Shown: one piece after another, positions 12,061 to 20,897 of the stretch
How the letters are laid out: every line of letters begins with the position of its first letter
How positions within the stretch are numbered: position 1 is the stretch's first letter
Source of the DNA: Candidatus Sericytochromatia bacterium
GTDB taxonomy: Bacteria; Cyanobacteriota; Sericytochromatia; S15B-MN24; UBA4093
NCBI GenBank assembly: GCA_036676455.1
Contig: JAKFCW010000021.1
Span: 21,367 to 85,366, forward strand
Length of the DNA: 64,000 nt
Direction of reading: 5' to 3'
The notes under the pieces: model-generated
Databases searched by the model: none
What the model saw: the letters and a program-made list of their open reading frames with translations, nothing else
What the model was told of the DNA's origin: nothing
Translations under genes and position numbers: made by a program

Positions 12061-14130
12061 TTACGCGTCGTCCGTCGCGCGCGGCAAGTAGAGCCGGAAG
12101 GTCGCCCCCGCCCCCTCACGGCTCTCGACCTCGATACGCCCCCCCTGGGCCTCGACGATGCCTTTCACGTAAGCGAGACCGATGCCGCTTCCCTTCTCTC
12201 GTTGCACCTCCGGACGATCCGATCGATAGAACTGCTCGAAGAGATGCCGCTTGTCCTCTGGGGTGAGGCCGATGCCTGAATCCTGCACCTCGATGACGAC
12301 GAAACCACCTTCCACGAAGCCGCGAAGGGCGACACTCCCGCCGGATGGCGTGTACTTGATCGCGTTCGAGACAAGGTTGTTCATGATTTGCTGGAAGCGA
12401 TCGGGATCCACCAGGACCGGTGGCAACTCAGATGGCTGGGCGTAGCCGATGCGCAGGCCCTTGTGTTCGGCCAGCGGTTGAAAGAAGGCCACCACGGCGG
12501 GAATCGCCTCCCCCAGGTCAACGGGCGCGAGGTTCAGCTTGATGTGGCCGGTCTGAAGGCGGGCATACTCGAGCAGCTCCTCGAGCATCGTCTGCATCTG
12601 GGAGCAAGCGGCCAGGATCTGCTGGATATAGGTGTTCTCGGCCTCGCTCAGGGGATGATCGGTATCCTGGAGCAGCTCGGCGTACCCCATGATGGCCGTC
12701 ATGGGAATCCTCAAGTCATGGCTGATCACGTTCAAGAAGTTGGCCCGCAGTTGATCGAGACGCTGCAGATTCTCGACCGTCGACTCCATGTCTTGATTGG
12801 CCAGGTAGAGCTCGTTGCGCTTCGTCTCGAGTTGCTGAATGGTGCGGGAAATCGTTTGAACGTACAGTTTCAATGCCTGACCGAAACGGTCCTGAGGTCC
12901 CCGCGGAGCGATCGAGACCGTGAGGTCTCCCTTGGCGATGCGCGCGAAGGCCTCAGACATGGCCTCCAGGTAGTCCCTGGCTTCCTGGAAGGCTCTCGTC
13001 ATCCGGGCGAACTCATCCTCACCCCGGACGGGGTCCGTCGCGGGAAGGAGGTCCCGGAGCCCGTCGACGTTCCCCTCCGAGATCGCTTTGCCAGCCATGG
13101 CCAAGCGTTCGATGGGCTGGATGGCCGAGGCGATGAGCGAGTAGAGCAAGATCGCGATCATGACCAGCCCCAACGCCCCGATGACGGCCAGCAGCTGCAC
13201 CAAGCGGAATACGGGCGTGAGGATCTCGGCACGATCCACCAGCATCGCGAGCGTCCACCCACCGGGTTGGATCGGGACCGAGAACATCCAGCTCTGATGC
13301 TGGTTGAAGGGATTGGTCACGACCTGGAACGCGGGGGTTGAAGCGCCCACCAGGCGAGTGAAGACACGCGCCTGATCGGGGAATTCGGAGAGGGGGCGCG
13401 TCAGAAAGCGTTCCTCGGGAGCCGTCACGTAGCGCCCCTGCGGGCTCAACATGACGAACATGGACGAGGCAAAGGGCTTGCTGTTTCGCAGGTTGCGCTC
13501 GAAGAGGCTCAGACTGCGGTCGACCCCCGCGATGCCCTTGAACTGACCGTCGATCAGGATGGGGCAGCCGTAAGAGCTCTGCAACTCATTGTTGTAGAAG
13601 TAGGGCTCAGTAACGAGGCATTCCGCCTGCCCCTTCAAGGAGTGCCAAAGCCCGATATCAAGGGTCTCGATATCGGTCGCGACGCCCAGCTTCAGGCCCT
13701 CAGGGCTCGGATTCCAGTAAGGAAGGAAGCGCCCGGTCTCGGGATCCGCTCCGGGCTTTCCTCTCGATCGATGATCCTGGCCGTCCGCATCGGGGGCGTA
13801 GAGCACCCACGTGCCGAAAAACTGCGGGTGGGAGACCTTCAGGTCGTAGAGGTACTTGAGGGTATCTTCGCGTTTCCCGAAGCCCACCGATTCTTGATAG
13901 ACGGTCAGGCTTCGGGCGAGCGTGAGCGACTCCTGGTTGATGGCCGCCACCTGCTCGGCCAAGGTGTCCACGGCGGCCTGGGCGTAGCGAATCGTGTCCT
14001 GCACCTTCGCCGCCAGGACGCTCAGCCCGACGACCAGGATCAACGCGAGGATCAGGAGGCTGACGGCGGCGCCGACCCTCAGGGTGATCTTGGACTTGAC
14101 GCTGCGCATGACCATGGCATCGATACCCAT
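12061..14130 (-). CDS. Sensor histidine kinase (TM, Cache-like periplasmic domain, HAMP, HisKA, HATPase)
   Basis: H-box NVISHDLRIPMTAIMGYAELL and ATPase boxes NLVSNAIKYTPSGG, DSGIGL, GSGIGLAYVKGIV. An N-terminal TM helix precedes a ~270-aa extracytoplasmic region, then a second TM helix. The start codon is ambiguous (M1, M6 or M8). Confidence 0.85.
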   Translation of the reverse strand: MGIDAMVMRSVKSKITLRVGAAVSLLILALILVVGLSVLAAKVQDTIRYAQAAVDTLAEQVAAINQESLTLARSLTVYQESVGFGKREDTLKYLYDLKVSHPQFFGTWVLYAPDADGQDHRSRGKPGADPETGRFLPYWNPSPEGLKLGVATDIETLDIGLWHSLKGQAECLVTEPYFYNNELQSSYGCPILIDGQFKGIAGVDRSLSLFERNLRNSKPFASSMFVMLSPQGRYVTAPEERFLTRPLSEFPDQARVFTRLVGASTPAFQVVTNPFNQHQSWMFSVPIQPGGWTLAMLVDRAEILTPVFRLVQLLAVIGALGLVMIAILLYSLIASAIQPIERLAMAGKAISEGNVDGLRDLLPATDPVRGEDEFARMTRAFQEARDYLEAMSEAFARIAKGDLTVSIAPRGPQDRFGQALKLYVQTISRTIQQLETKRNELYLANQDMESTVENLQRLDQLRANFLNVISHDLRIPMTAIMGYAELLQDTDHPLSEAENTYIQQILAACSQMQTMLEELLEYARLQTGHIKLNLAPVDLGEAIPAVVAFFQPLAEHKGLRIGYAQPSELPPVLVDPDRFQQIMNNLVSNAIKYTPSGGSVALRGFVEGGFVVIEVQDSGIGLTPEDKRHLFEQFYRSDRPEVQREKGSGIGLAYVKGIVEAQGGRIEVESREGAGATFRLYLPRATDDA

Positions 14131-14201
14131 AACTGCTTCAGACTACCACCGTCGATGGGGGCGCGCAGGGCTTCAGAAACCTCGGCGATCGGCAGAACAC
14201 C

Positions 14202-15098
14202 TCAGGCGTGGGCGGTCAACCACCCGGGGTTGCGGACGGTCCCATCGTGCGTCGGCGTGGTCTTGTACGCCTCGAAGCGGCCGTCCGAAGCGAATTCCGC
14301 GACCTTGCGCCGGAAGAACTCGGCCTCATCGGGTTCCATGGGCTCGAACGCCTCGAGGAGGTGCGCGGCCAGCTCGACCTCGCGCATGGACGGGCAGCCG
14401 ACGATCACGGACGTGACGGGCAGGCTCATGGCGTAGCGCAGGGCGTCCAGGGCCTTGATCCGGCCGGTTTCCAGCAGCTTGCCGTCCGCCAGGGGCCGCA
14501 TGCCGATCGCGCCGATGCCGCGCTCGACCAGAACGGGCAGCACCTGCTGCTCGAAGGAGCGGAACTGCGCGTCGAGGAGGTTGAGGGGCATGGCGACGGC
14601 GTCGAAGGGGAAGCCCATGTCTAGCATGCGCAGGTGGATGGCGGGGTCCTTGTGGCCTGCGAAGCCGATGTAGCGGATCTTGCCGGCCTTGCGGGCCTCG
14701 ACCAGGGCCTCCATGGCGCCGTCGGGTCCGAAGACGACGTCGGGGTCCTCGGGCCGGATGATCTCGTTGAGCAGCAGGAGGTCGAGGTGGTCGGTGCGGA
14801 GGCGCTTGAGACTCTGGTCCATCTGGGCGATCGCCGCCTTGCGGGTCTGGCCGTCTATTTTGGACATCAGGAAGACCCGGTCCCGGTAGCTGCCGCGCAG
14901 CGCCTCTCCCATCACGCGCTCGGACTCGCCCTCGTGGTAGTCCCAGGAATTGTCCATGAAGGTGAGTCCCGCCTCGACGGCCGCATGGATCATGCGCTGG
15001 CTCTCGCGGGACTCGCGGGGGAGGCCCAGGTGATAGCCGCCTAGCGCGAGCGCGCTGACGCGCTCGCCGGTGCTTCCCAGCGTTCGCGTGGTCTGCAT
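14202..15098 (-). CDS. Aldo/keto reductase family oxidoreductase
   Basis: 298 aa with LGSTGERVSALALGGYHLG, DNSWDYHEGESERVMGEAL and HLDLLLLNEI. Its ATG follows the cheB stop with a 0-nt spacer. Confidence 0.85.
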   Translation of the reverse strand: MQTTRTLGSTGERVSALALGGYHLGLPRESRESQRMIHAAVEAGLTFMDNSWDYHEGESERVMGEALRGSYRDRVFLMSKIDGQTRKAAIAQMDQSLKRLRTDHLDLLLLNEIIRPEDPDVVFGPDGAMEALVEARKAGKIRYIGFAGHKDPAIHLRMLDMGFPFDAVAMPLNLLDAQFRSFEQQVLPVLVERGIGAIGMRPLADGKLLETGRIKALDALRYAMSLPVTSVIVGCPSMREVELAAHLLEAFEPMEPDEAEFFRRKVAEFASDGRFEAYKTTPTHDGTVRNPGWLTAHA

Positions 15099-16154
15099 CT
15101 AACTGGGCCGGAAGATCCGCGCGAGCTCGGGCGCGATCCGCGGCAGGGGAAGGACCTTGTCGACCACGCCGGACTCGAAGACCGCGCGCGGCATGCCGTA
15201 GACCACGCACGATTCCTCGTCCTGGGCCCAGATGGGCGATCCGGCGCGCTTCATGGCGCCAGCACCGGCCGTCCCGTCATTGCCCATGCCGGTCATGATC
15301 AGGCCCAGGGCCCGCGGGCCGTAGCTCATGGCCACCGAAGCCATCATGACGTCGACCGAGGGCTTGTGCCAGGTCTTGGAATCCGAGGAATCAATCAGCT
15401 GCACGAACGACCCGCGCGGGTCCACCTTCACGGTGAGGTGCCAGCCGGCCGGGGCGATGTAGACGGTCGCGGGCTCCAGCTTCTCGCCTTGCTCGGCTTC
15501 CTTGACGCGGACGCAGCAGAGCTTGTCGAGGCGTTCGGCGAGCGAGCGCGTGAAGCCCGGAGGCATGTGCTGGACCACCAGGACCGGCACCGGGAAATCC
15601 GCGGGCAGCTGCGGCAACATGGCCTGAAGGGCCGGGGGGCCGCCGGTGGAGATGCCGATGGCGACCAGGTCCACCTTCTGGGTCAGGCGCGGCTCGCCGA
15701 TCCTGGGCGGCGGGGCGGTGGGCGTCGGCAAGGGCGGCAAGGGGCCGGTCCGGCGAGGACGGCTCGCTTCCTTGATCTTGGAGGTGAGCTCGTGCTGGAC
15801 CGTGAAGACGTCCAGCATCGAGGTCTCGGGCTTCGGCACGAAGTCGAAGGCACCCAGTTCCAGGGCCTGCAGGGTGGCGGAAGAGCCGTTCTGGGTGAGG
15901 GTACTCATCATGATGACCGGCACGGGGCGCTCGAGCATGATCCGCTTCAAGGCGGTCAAGCCATCCATCACCGGCATCTCGATGTCCATGGTGACGACGT
16001 CGGGGCGCAGCGCGGCGATCTGCTGGATGGCCTCGGCGCCGTTGGAGGCTTGGCCGACGATCTCGATTTCAGGCTCGGAGGTGATCATGCGCGTGATGGC
16101 CCGCCGCATGAACGGCGAGTCATCGACCACCAGCACCTTGATGGGCCTAGCCAT
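15099..16154 (-). CDS. cheB: Protein-glutamate methylesterase CheB (REC + methylesterase)
   Basis: REC domain (VLVVDDSPFMRR ... DVVTMDIEMPVMDG) plus esterase motifs GISTGGP, HMPPGFT and GMGNDG. Confidence 0.92.
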   Translation of the reverse strand: MARPIKVLVVDDSPFMRRAITRMITSEPEIEIVGQASNGAEAIQQIAALRPDVVTMDIEMPVMDGLTALKRIMLERPVPVIMMSTLTQNGSSATLQALELGAFDFVPKPETSMLDVFTVQHELTSKIKEASRPRRTGPLPPLPTPTAPPPRIGEPRLTQKVDLVAIGISTGGPPALQAMLPQLPADFPVPVLVVQHMPPGFTRSLAERLDKLCCVRVKEAEQGEKLEPATVYIAPAGWHLTVKVDPRGSFVQLIDSSDSKTWHKPSVDVMMASVAMSYGPRALGLIMTGMGNDGTAGAGAMKRAGSPIWAQDEESCVVYGMPRAVFESGVVDKVLPLPRIAPELARIFRPS

Positions 16155-17001
16155 GGCTGACCTTCTTCGCGGGGTCGAGCGCTTCGTAGTAGATGGCCTG
16201 CTTGTTGGATTTAAGCATGAAGTCCACCTCCAGGGACAAGAGTGACTCCGAGTGACCGATCAAGAGGTAGCCTCCGGGGGCCATGGCGCGATGGAAGATC
16301 TCGACCATGCGCTTCTGGGTGGCCTTGTCGAAGTAGATGAGCATGTTCCGGCAGAAGATCACGTCGAACGCCGAGAACCCGGGCCACTTCGCCATCTCGA
16401 AAAGGTTGCCCTGCTTGAACTTGACCCGGCCTGCCAGGCGGCTGCCCGCCCGGTACAGATCCCCCTCGGGGGTGAAGTACTTGGACAGGTACTTGCCGTC
16501 CGTGGCCCGGAACGCCGAGCGCGGGTAGAGACCCGTCTGGGCTTTCTGGATGACCGGCCCGTCGATGTCGACTCCCCAGATCTCCACCTGCCACCCGGCA
16601 AGCGAGACCGGCGCCTCGTCCATCAACATGGCTATCGTATAGGGTTCCTCCCCCGAAGAGCAAGGTGCGCTGAGGATTCTCAGCGTCCGGTTGGCCTTGC
16701 GCTTGACGATCTCGGGCAAGAGCTCGTTCTTGAAAAGCTCGAGCTGGTTCATCTCGCGGAAGAAGTAGGTCTCGTTGATGGTCACCAGCGGCATCAGATC
16801 GTTCCAGGCCTTGATGGATCCGAAGGCCATCTCCTTGAGCAGCATCTGGCTGAAAGCCGCCATCGAGGAGGCCCCATGCGAGCGGGCCACGGGAATCAAG
16901 CGGTCCTTGAGGAACTCGAGCTTGCTCTCCTCGAGCCGAATGCCGCAATAGCCCTGGATGACATCCCTGAGCTGCAGCAACTCGCCACGCGAGATTTCCA
17001 T
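16147..17001 (-). CDS. cheR: Chemotaxis protein methyltransferase CheR (copy 2)
   Basis: NETYFFRE, SAPCSSGEEPYTIAML and IFCRNMLIYF. Overlaps the cheB start by 8 nt. Confidence 0.9.
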   Translation of the reverse strand: MEISRGELLQLRDVIQGYCGIRLEESKLEFLKDRLIPVARSHGASSMAAFSQMLLKEMAFGSIKAWNDLMPLVTINETYFFREMNQLELFKNELLPEIVKRKANRTLRILSAPCSSGEEPYTIAMLMDEAPVSLAGWQVEIWGVDIDGPVIQKAQTGLYPRSAFRATDGKYLSKYFTPEGDLYRAGSRLAGRVKFKQGNLFEMAKWPGFSAFDVIFCRNMLIYFDKATQKRMVEIFHRAMAPGGYLLIGHSESLLSLEVDFMLKSNKQAIYYEALDPAKKVSHG

Positions 17002-17004
17002 GGA

Positions 17005-17841
17005 TCACTCCTTCATCGGGCGCCGGTAAAGCAAAGCTCCGGCAAGAGGTTGGGTTTCGAACGGATGGGGAACGAGGTGAAGCGTCTCACCTTCCCCGAC
17101 GAAGAGCAGGCCACCGGGGGCCAAGGCGTCGTGAAGCCGCTGCAGCAGGGCCTCGCGGAAGGCGTTGTCGAAGTAGATCATGACGTTGCGGCAGAAGATC
17201 ACGTCCCACGGGCCCGGAGGCGGCGGGGCCTTCAGGTTGTGGGGCATGAAGCGCACCAAGGCCTTGACGGCGGGCTTGACCCTGAGGGTGAGACCTTCCG
17301 ACTCGAAGTACGCCTCCCGGTAGCCCAGCGGCAGGTTCTCCAGCCGCCAGTCGCTGTAGATGCCGCTGCGGGCCTTCGCCAGAGCCTGCGTCGAGAGATC
17401 TGTGGCCAGGATCTCGGCATCGAAGCCCCGCGGTTGCTGCGCCAGGACGGTCATGGCGAGGGAGTAGGGCTCTTCGCCCGTCGAGCATGCCGCACTCCAG
17501 ATGCGCAGGCGGGGGCGGTCCAGGATGCCCGTTCGGCGGCGCGCCGCCAGCTCCGGCAACAAGCCGGCCAGGGCCTCGAACTGGGCCGGCATGCGGAAGA
17601 AGCTGGTCTCGTTGATGGTCATGCCGTCGACGACGGAGACTTTCACCTCGGGCGAAGTCCGGCACAGGCTCCAGAGCGCTCCCAGGTCCGCAGCCCCCCA
17701 TTCCTGGGCGAGCGCCTCGAGGCGGCGCTCCAGGAACGCGCGCTTGCTCTCAGGGTAGGCGAGGCCCGCTTCCTGGTAGAGCCAGTCGCGAATCGCCTGA
17801 AGCGCCAGCGCGTCAGACGGCGTGGTACGCCCCGGATTCAT
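17005..17841 (-). CDS. cheR: Chemotaxis protein methyltransferase CheR (copy 1)
   Basis: NETSFFRM, SAACSTGEEPYSLAMT and IFCRNVMIYF. Separated from CheR copy 2 by a 3-nt gap. Confidence 0.9.
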   Translation of the reverse strand: MNPGRTTPSDALALQAIRDWLYQEAGLAYPESKRAFLERRLEALAQEWGAADLGALWSLCRTSPEVKVSVVDGMTINETSFFRMPAQFEALAGLLPELAARRRTGILDRPRLRIWSAACSTGEEPYSLAMTVLAQQPRGFDAEILATDLSTQALAKARSGIYSDWRLENLPLGYREAYFESEGLTLRVKPAVKALVRFMPHNLKAPPPPGPWDVIFCRNVMIYFDNAFREALLQRLHDALAPGGLLFVGEGETLHLVPHPFETQPLAGALLYRRPMKE

Positions 17842-19972
17842 GGCGCTCCTTGCCCTCTCCCTCGTCGATCAGGGTCGCGATATCCAGGATCAGGGCCACT
17901 CGGCCATCTCCCAGGATGGTCGCGCCGGCCACCCCGCGAATCTCGCCCAGGTAGTCGCCCATCGACTTGATGACCACGTCCTGCTCGCCCTCGAGCGAAT
18001 CGACCACGAGGCCGATCTGCTTGTTCTCGCCCCCGACGATCACCACCGGCGAGTAGCGGCTGGCGCGCGGCTGGGAAGCGAGCCCGAAGGCGTTGGTCAG
18101 GCGGAACAGCGGCACCACCCGGTCGCGCAGCTGGATCACCTCGCGCTGGTTCACGGTCTTGATGTCCGAGTTCGCCACGCGGATGGATTCCTTGACGGCG
18201 TCCAGGGGAATCGCGAAGAAGTCACCGCCGGCCTTGATGAGGAGGGCCTTGGTGATGGCCAGGGTCAGCGGCAGCTTGATGATGAACTTCGAGCCCTCGC
18301 CGACCTTGGAGACCACCTGGATGGTGCCCTTGATCTTGCGGATATTCTGGTTGACCACGTCCATGCCGACGCCGCGGCCCGAGACGTCCGTGACCTTCTC
18401 GGCGGTGCTGAAGCCCGGGTGGAAGATGAACTGGAGGACGTCCATGTCGGAGTAGGTGCCGTCGGCCGTGGCGATGCCCATCTTGCGGGCCTTGGCGAGG
18501 ATCGTCTCGGGGTTGATGCCGCCGCCGTCGTCCGCGATGCTGATTACGATGTGGTTGCCCTCGCGGTGCGCGCCGAGGCGGATGGTGCCGAGGCGGGGCT
18601 TGCCGGCGGCCTCGCGGACGTCCGGGGCCTCGACGCCATGGTCGGCGGCGTTGCGCAGGAGGTGAACCAAGGGATCCTCCAGCTCCTCGACGACCGTCTT
18701 GTCGAGCTCGGTGTCCTGGCCGAAGATCTCCAGCTTGATTTCCTTGTTCATGGACTTGGCGAGATCGCGGATCAGGCGGGGGAACTTGCTGAAGACCCGT
18801 TCGACGGGGATCATGCGCACGCGCATGACCGTGAGCTGAAGCTCGCTCATGAGGCGGGCCACCTGGGCCACGGTCTCGTTGAGGGTGCCGACCAGCGGCT
18901 CGCGGTCGTAGCGGTTCTCGAGCTCGTTGCCCAGCCGCGCGAGGCGGGTATTGCCGATGACCAGCTCACCGACGACCTCCATGAGGAGATCCAGGCGCTC
19001 GACGTCGACGCGGATGCTCTGGGCCACGGCCGGGACCGCCTTCTTGGCAGGAGGCTCCTTTGCCGCCGGGACTGCCGCGGCGGCAGCTGGGGCGGCAGCC
19101 GGGGAAGCAGCCGGGGCCATGGCGGGCGCAGTCGTCGGAGCGGCCGCGCTCGCGCCTGGTGCCTCGGCGGCAGGCGGGGTGGGGTGGGCGGGACCGGGTG
19201 CATGCAGCACCATGATTGCATCGCTGCTGAAGGGCAGCAGGATGCTCAGGATGGGGGGTTCCGCGGTGGTGACGAACAGGGCGGTGCCGGAGACCGGGAA
19301 GGGGCCTGCGCCGGGCGCGTGCGGGGGAATCGGGGGGTCCGAGAGGATGCCGATGACCTCACCGAGGGAGTAGAGTTTCTCCATGACGGCGTGGTCGAGC
19401 ATCTCGTCGCCCCAGCGGCAGTCCGCGAGGTCGAGGGCGATCTCGTAGAGGTAGCGGGACTCGGCGTCCAGCTTGCCGAGGAGGGCCTGGTGCTTGGCGC
19501 TCATGCCCGCCATGTAGGCGGGGTCGAAGGGGTAGGGAGGGGCCTGGGTGCCGGAGGCCTCCGGGGTGGGCTCACCGTCGAGAATCTCCTTGAGCGCCTC
19601 GACGGTGGGGGTGATGTCGAGGCCGTTGCCGACGGTGCCGCCACCGAGTTCGACGAGCAGGGTTCCCAGGGCGTCGACGGACTCGAAGAGGACCTCGACC
19701 CCGCGTAGGGTCAGGGTGTGCTTGCCTGCGCGGATGGCTCCGAGCAGGTTCTCCATCTGGTGGGTGAGGGTGGCCACGGTCTTGAGACCGAGCATGCCGG
19801 CCGCCCCCTTGATGGAGTGGGCGCCCCGGAACATCTCGTTGAGCAGCTCGATGTCGAGCGACTCGCCGACCATGCCCTCGAGGGTCATGAGGCCCTGTTC
19901 GAGGGTGTCGAGGTGGCTGCGGGCCTCTTCGAGGAAGGCCTGGAAATCTTCCGCGTCGAACTCGAGACTCAC
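17813..19972 (-). CDS. cheA: Chemotaxis histidine kinase CheA
   Basis: HPt motif FRGAHSIKGAAGMLGL, a long Ala/Pro linker, kinase boxes HLLRNAADHGVE, DDGGGI and GRGVGMDVV, and a C-terminal CheW-like P5 domain. I place the start at a GTG that overlaps the cheY stop (GTGA). The ORF-track ATG at 20095 would run 127 nt into cheY with Arg-rich junk. Confidence 0.9.
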   Translation of the reverse strand: MSLEFDAEDFQAFLEEARSHLDTLEQGLMTLEGMVGESLDIELLNEMFRGAHSIKGAAGMLGLKTVATLTHQMENLLGAIRAGKHTLTLRGVEVLFESVDALGTLLVELGGGTVGNGLDITPTVEALKEILDGEPTPEASGTQAPPYPFDPAYMAGMSAKHQALLGKLDAESRYLYEIALDLADCRWGDEMLDHAVMEKLYSLGEVIGILSDPPIPPHAPGAGPFPVSGTALFVTTAEPPILSILLPFSSDAIMVLHAPGPAHPTPPAAEAPGASAAAPTTAPAMAPAASPAAAPAAAAAVPAAKEPPAKKAVPAVAQSIRVDVERLDLLMEVVGELVIGNTRLARLGNELENRYDREPLVGTLNETVAQVARLMSELQLTVMRVRMIPVERVFSKFPRLIRDLAKSMNKEIKLEIFGQDTELDKTVVEELEDPLVHLLRNAADHGVEAPDVREAAGKPRLGTIRLGAHREGNHIVISIADDGGGINPETILAKARKMGIATADGTYSDMDVLQFIFHPGFSTAEKVTDVSGRGVGMDVVNQNIRKIKGTIQVVSKVGEGSKFIIKLPLTLAITKALLIKAGGDFFAIPLDAVKESIRVANSDIKTVNQREVIQLRDRVVPLFRLTNAFGLASQPRASRYSPVVIVGGENKQIGLVVDSLEGEQDVVIKSMGDYLGEIRGVAGATILGDGRVALILDIATLIDEGEGKERHESGAYHAV

Positions 19973-20334
19973 TTGGCCATGGCTCCTTCGATCGCCGCGA
20001 TGACCCGGTCCTTCTGGAAGGGCTTGACGATGAAGTCCTTGGCCCCGGAGCGGACGGCTTCGACGATCATGTCCTGCTGGCCGACGGCGGAGCACATCAC
20101 GACGCGGGCCTGGGGGTTGGCGGCGACGATGGCCTTGACGGCTGCGATCCCATCCATCTCGGGCATCGTGATGTCCATGGTGACGACGTCGGGCTTGACC
20201 GCGGCGAACTGCTCGATCGCCTCGAGGCCGTTGCCCGCCTCACCGGCGACTTCCCAGCCTTTCTCGGCGATGATCTTGGCGAGGTTCTTCCGCATGAAGG
20301 GGGCGTCATCGACGATGAGGACCCGGATGCTCAT
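19969..20334 (-). CDS. cheY: Single-domain response regulator CheY
   Basis: 121 aa: MSIRVLIVDDAPFMRK ... DVVTMDITMPEMDG ... KDFIVKPF. It is the in-frame tail of ORF 19969..21177, and its ATG overlaps the cheX stop (TAATG). Confidence 0.92.
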   Translation of the reverse strand: MSIRVLIVDDAPFMRKNLAKIIAEKGWEVAGEAGNGLEAIEQFAAVKPDVVTMDITMPEMDGIAAVKAIVAANPQARVVMCSAVGQQDMIVEAVRSGAKDFIVKPFQKDRVIAAIEGAMAK

Positions 20335-20819
20335 TACTTGCTCTCCTTGGCGCGAATGCCGACGGTCAGGTGGATGGTGCCCGCCCCGAGGGCGAGCGGG
20401 ACGCTCATGGCGCGAACATGGGCCCAGGTGCCGCTGATCGAGGCGCCCATGAGGACCGAGGGGGGGGTGATGTCCGAGAAGCCGGCGAGCTGGTTGAGGA
20501 AGGTGCGGGCGTTCCCGGCGATCATGTTGGCGAGCTCGGACAGGGCGGAGATGGCCATGTCGTCGAGCTCGGAGACCTCTTCCATCATCATGATGCCGGC
20601 GATCGCCTTGGCCGTGTACATGTTCATGCCGAAGTTGACATGCCCGGTCAGGTCGCCGGTGACACCCACCTGCACGTTGACCTCTTGGAGGGGGATGGTG
20701 GGACCCATTTGGAAGGTCGGTGCCCCGCGGGTGGGGGTCTCGCTCAGCACCTCTTGCAGGACCTGCTCGGCGGCCTGCCCGAAGGCGCGGACGAAATCGA
20801 GACCGGTGGAAGTCGACAT
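20334..20819 (-). CDS. cheX: CheX-like CheY-P phosphatase
   Basis: 161 aa from M15, which has an AAGGA Shine-Dalgarno just upstream. It carries one near-match to the CheC/CheX/FliY site S-x3-E-x2-N-x(~21)-P (SALSELANMIAGNARTFLNQLAGFSDITPP). Confidence 0.75.
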   Translation of the reverse strand: MSTSTGLDFVRAFGQAAEQVLQEVLSETPTRGAPTFQMGPTIPLQEVNVQVGVTGDLTGHVNFGMNMYTAKAIAGIMMMEEVSELDDMAISALSELANMIAGNARTFLNQLAGFSDITPPSVLMGASISGTWAHVRAMSVPLALGAGTIHLTVGIRAKESK

Positions 20820-20897
20820 AGGCTTTCCTTTCACTCCTCGCCACCCTGCCCCGGATGGCAAACAGGCGGTTTCCCGCCCCGAATTTGCTCCGCGGAC

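Noticed and set aside
19030-19215. Ala/Pro-rich ~60-residue stretch in CheA-I, considered as a possible separate feature or repeat.
   Set aside because: It is a low-complexity interdomain linker between the P1/P2 region and the dimerisation domain, which is common in high-GC CheA proteins. No DNA-level tandem repeat structure was found.
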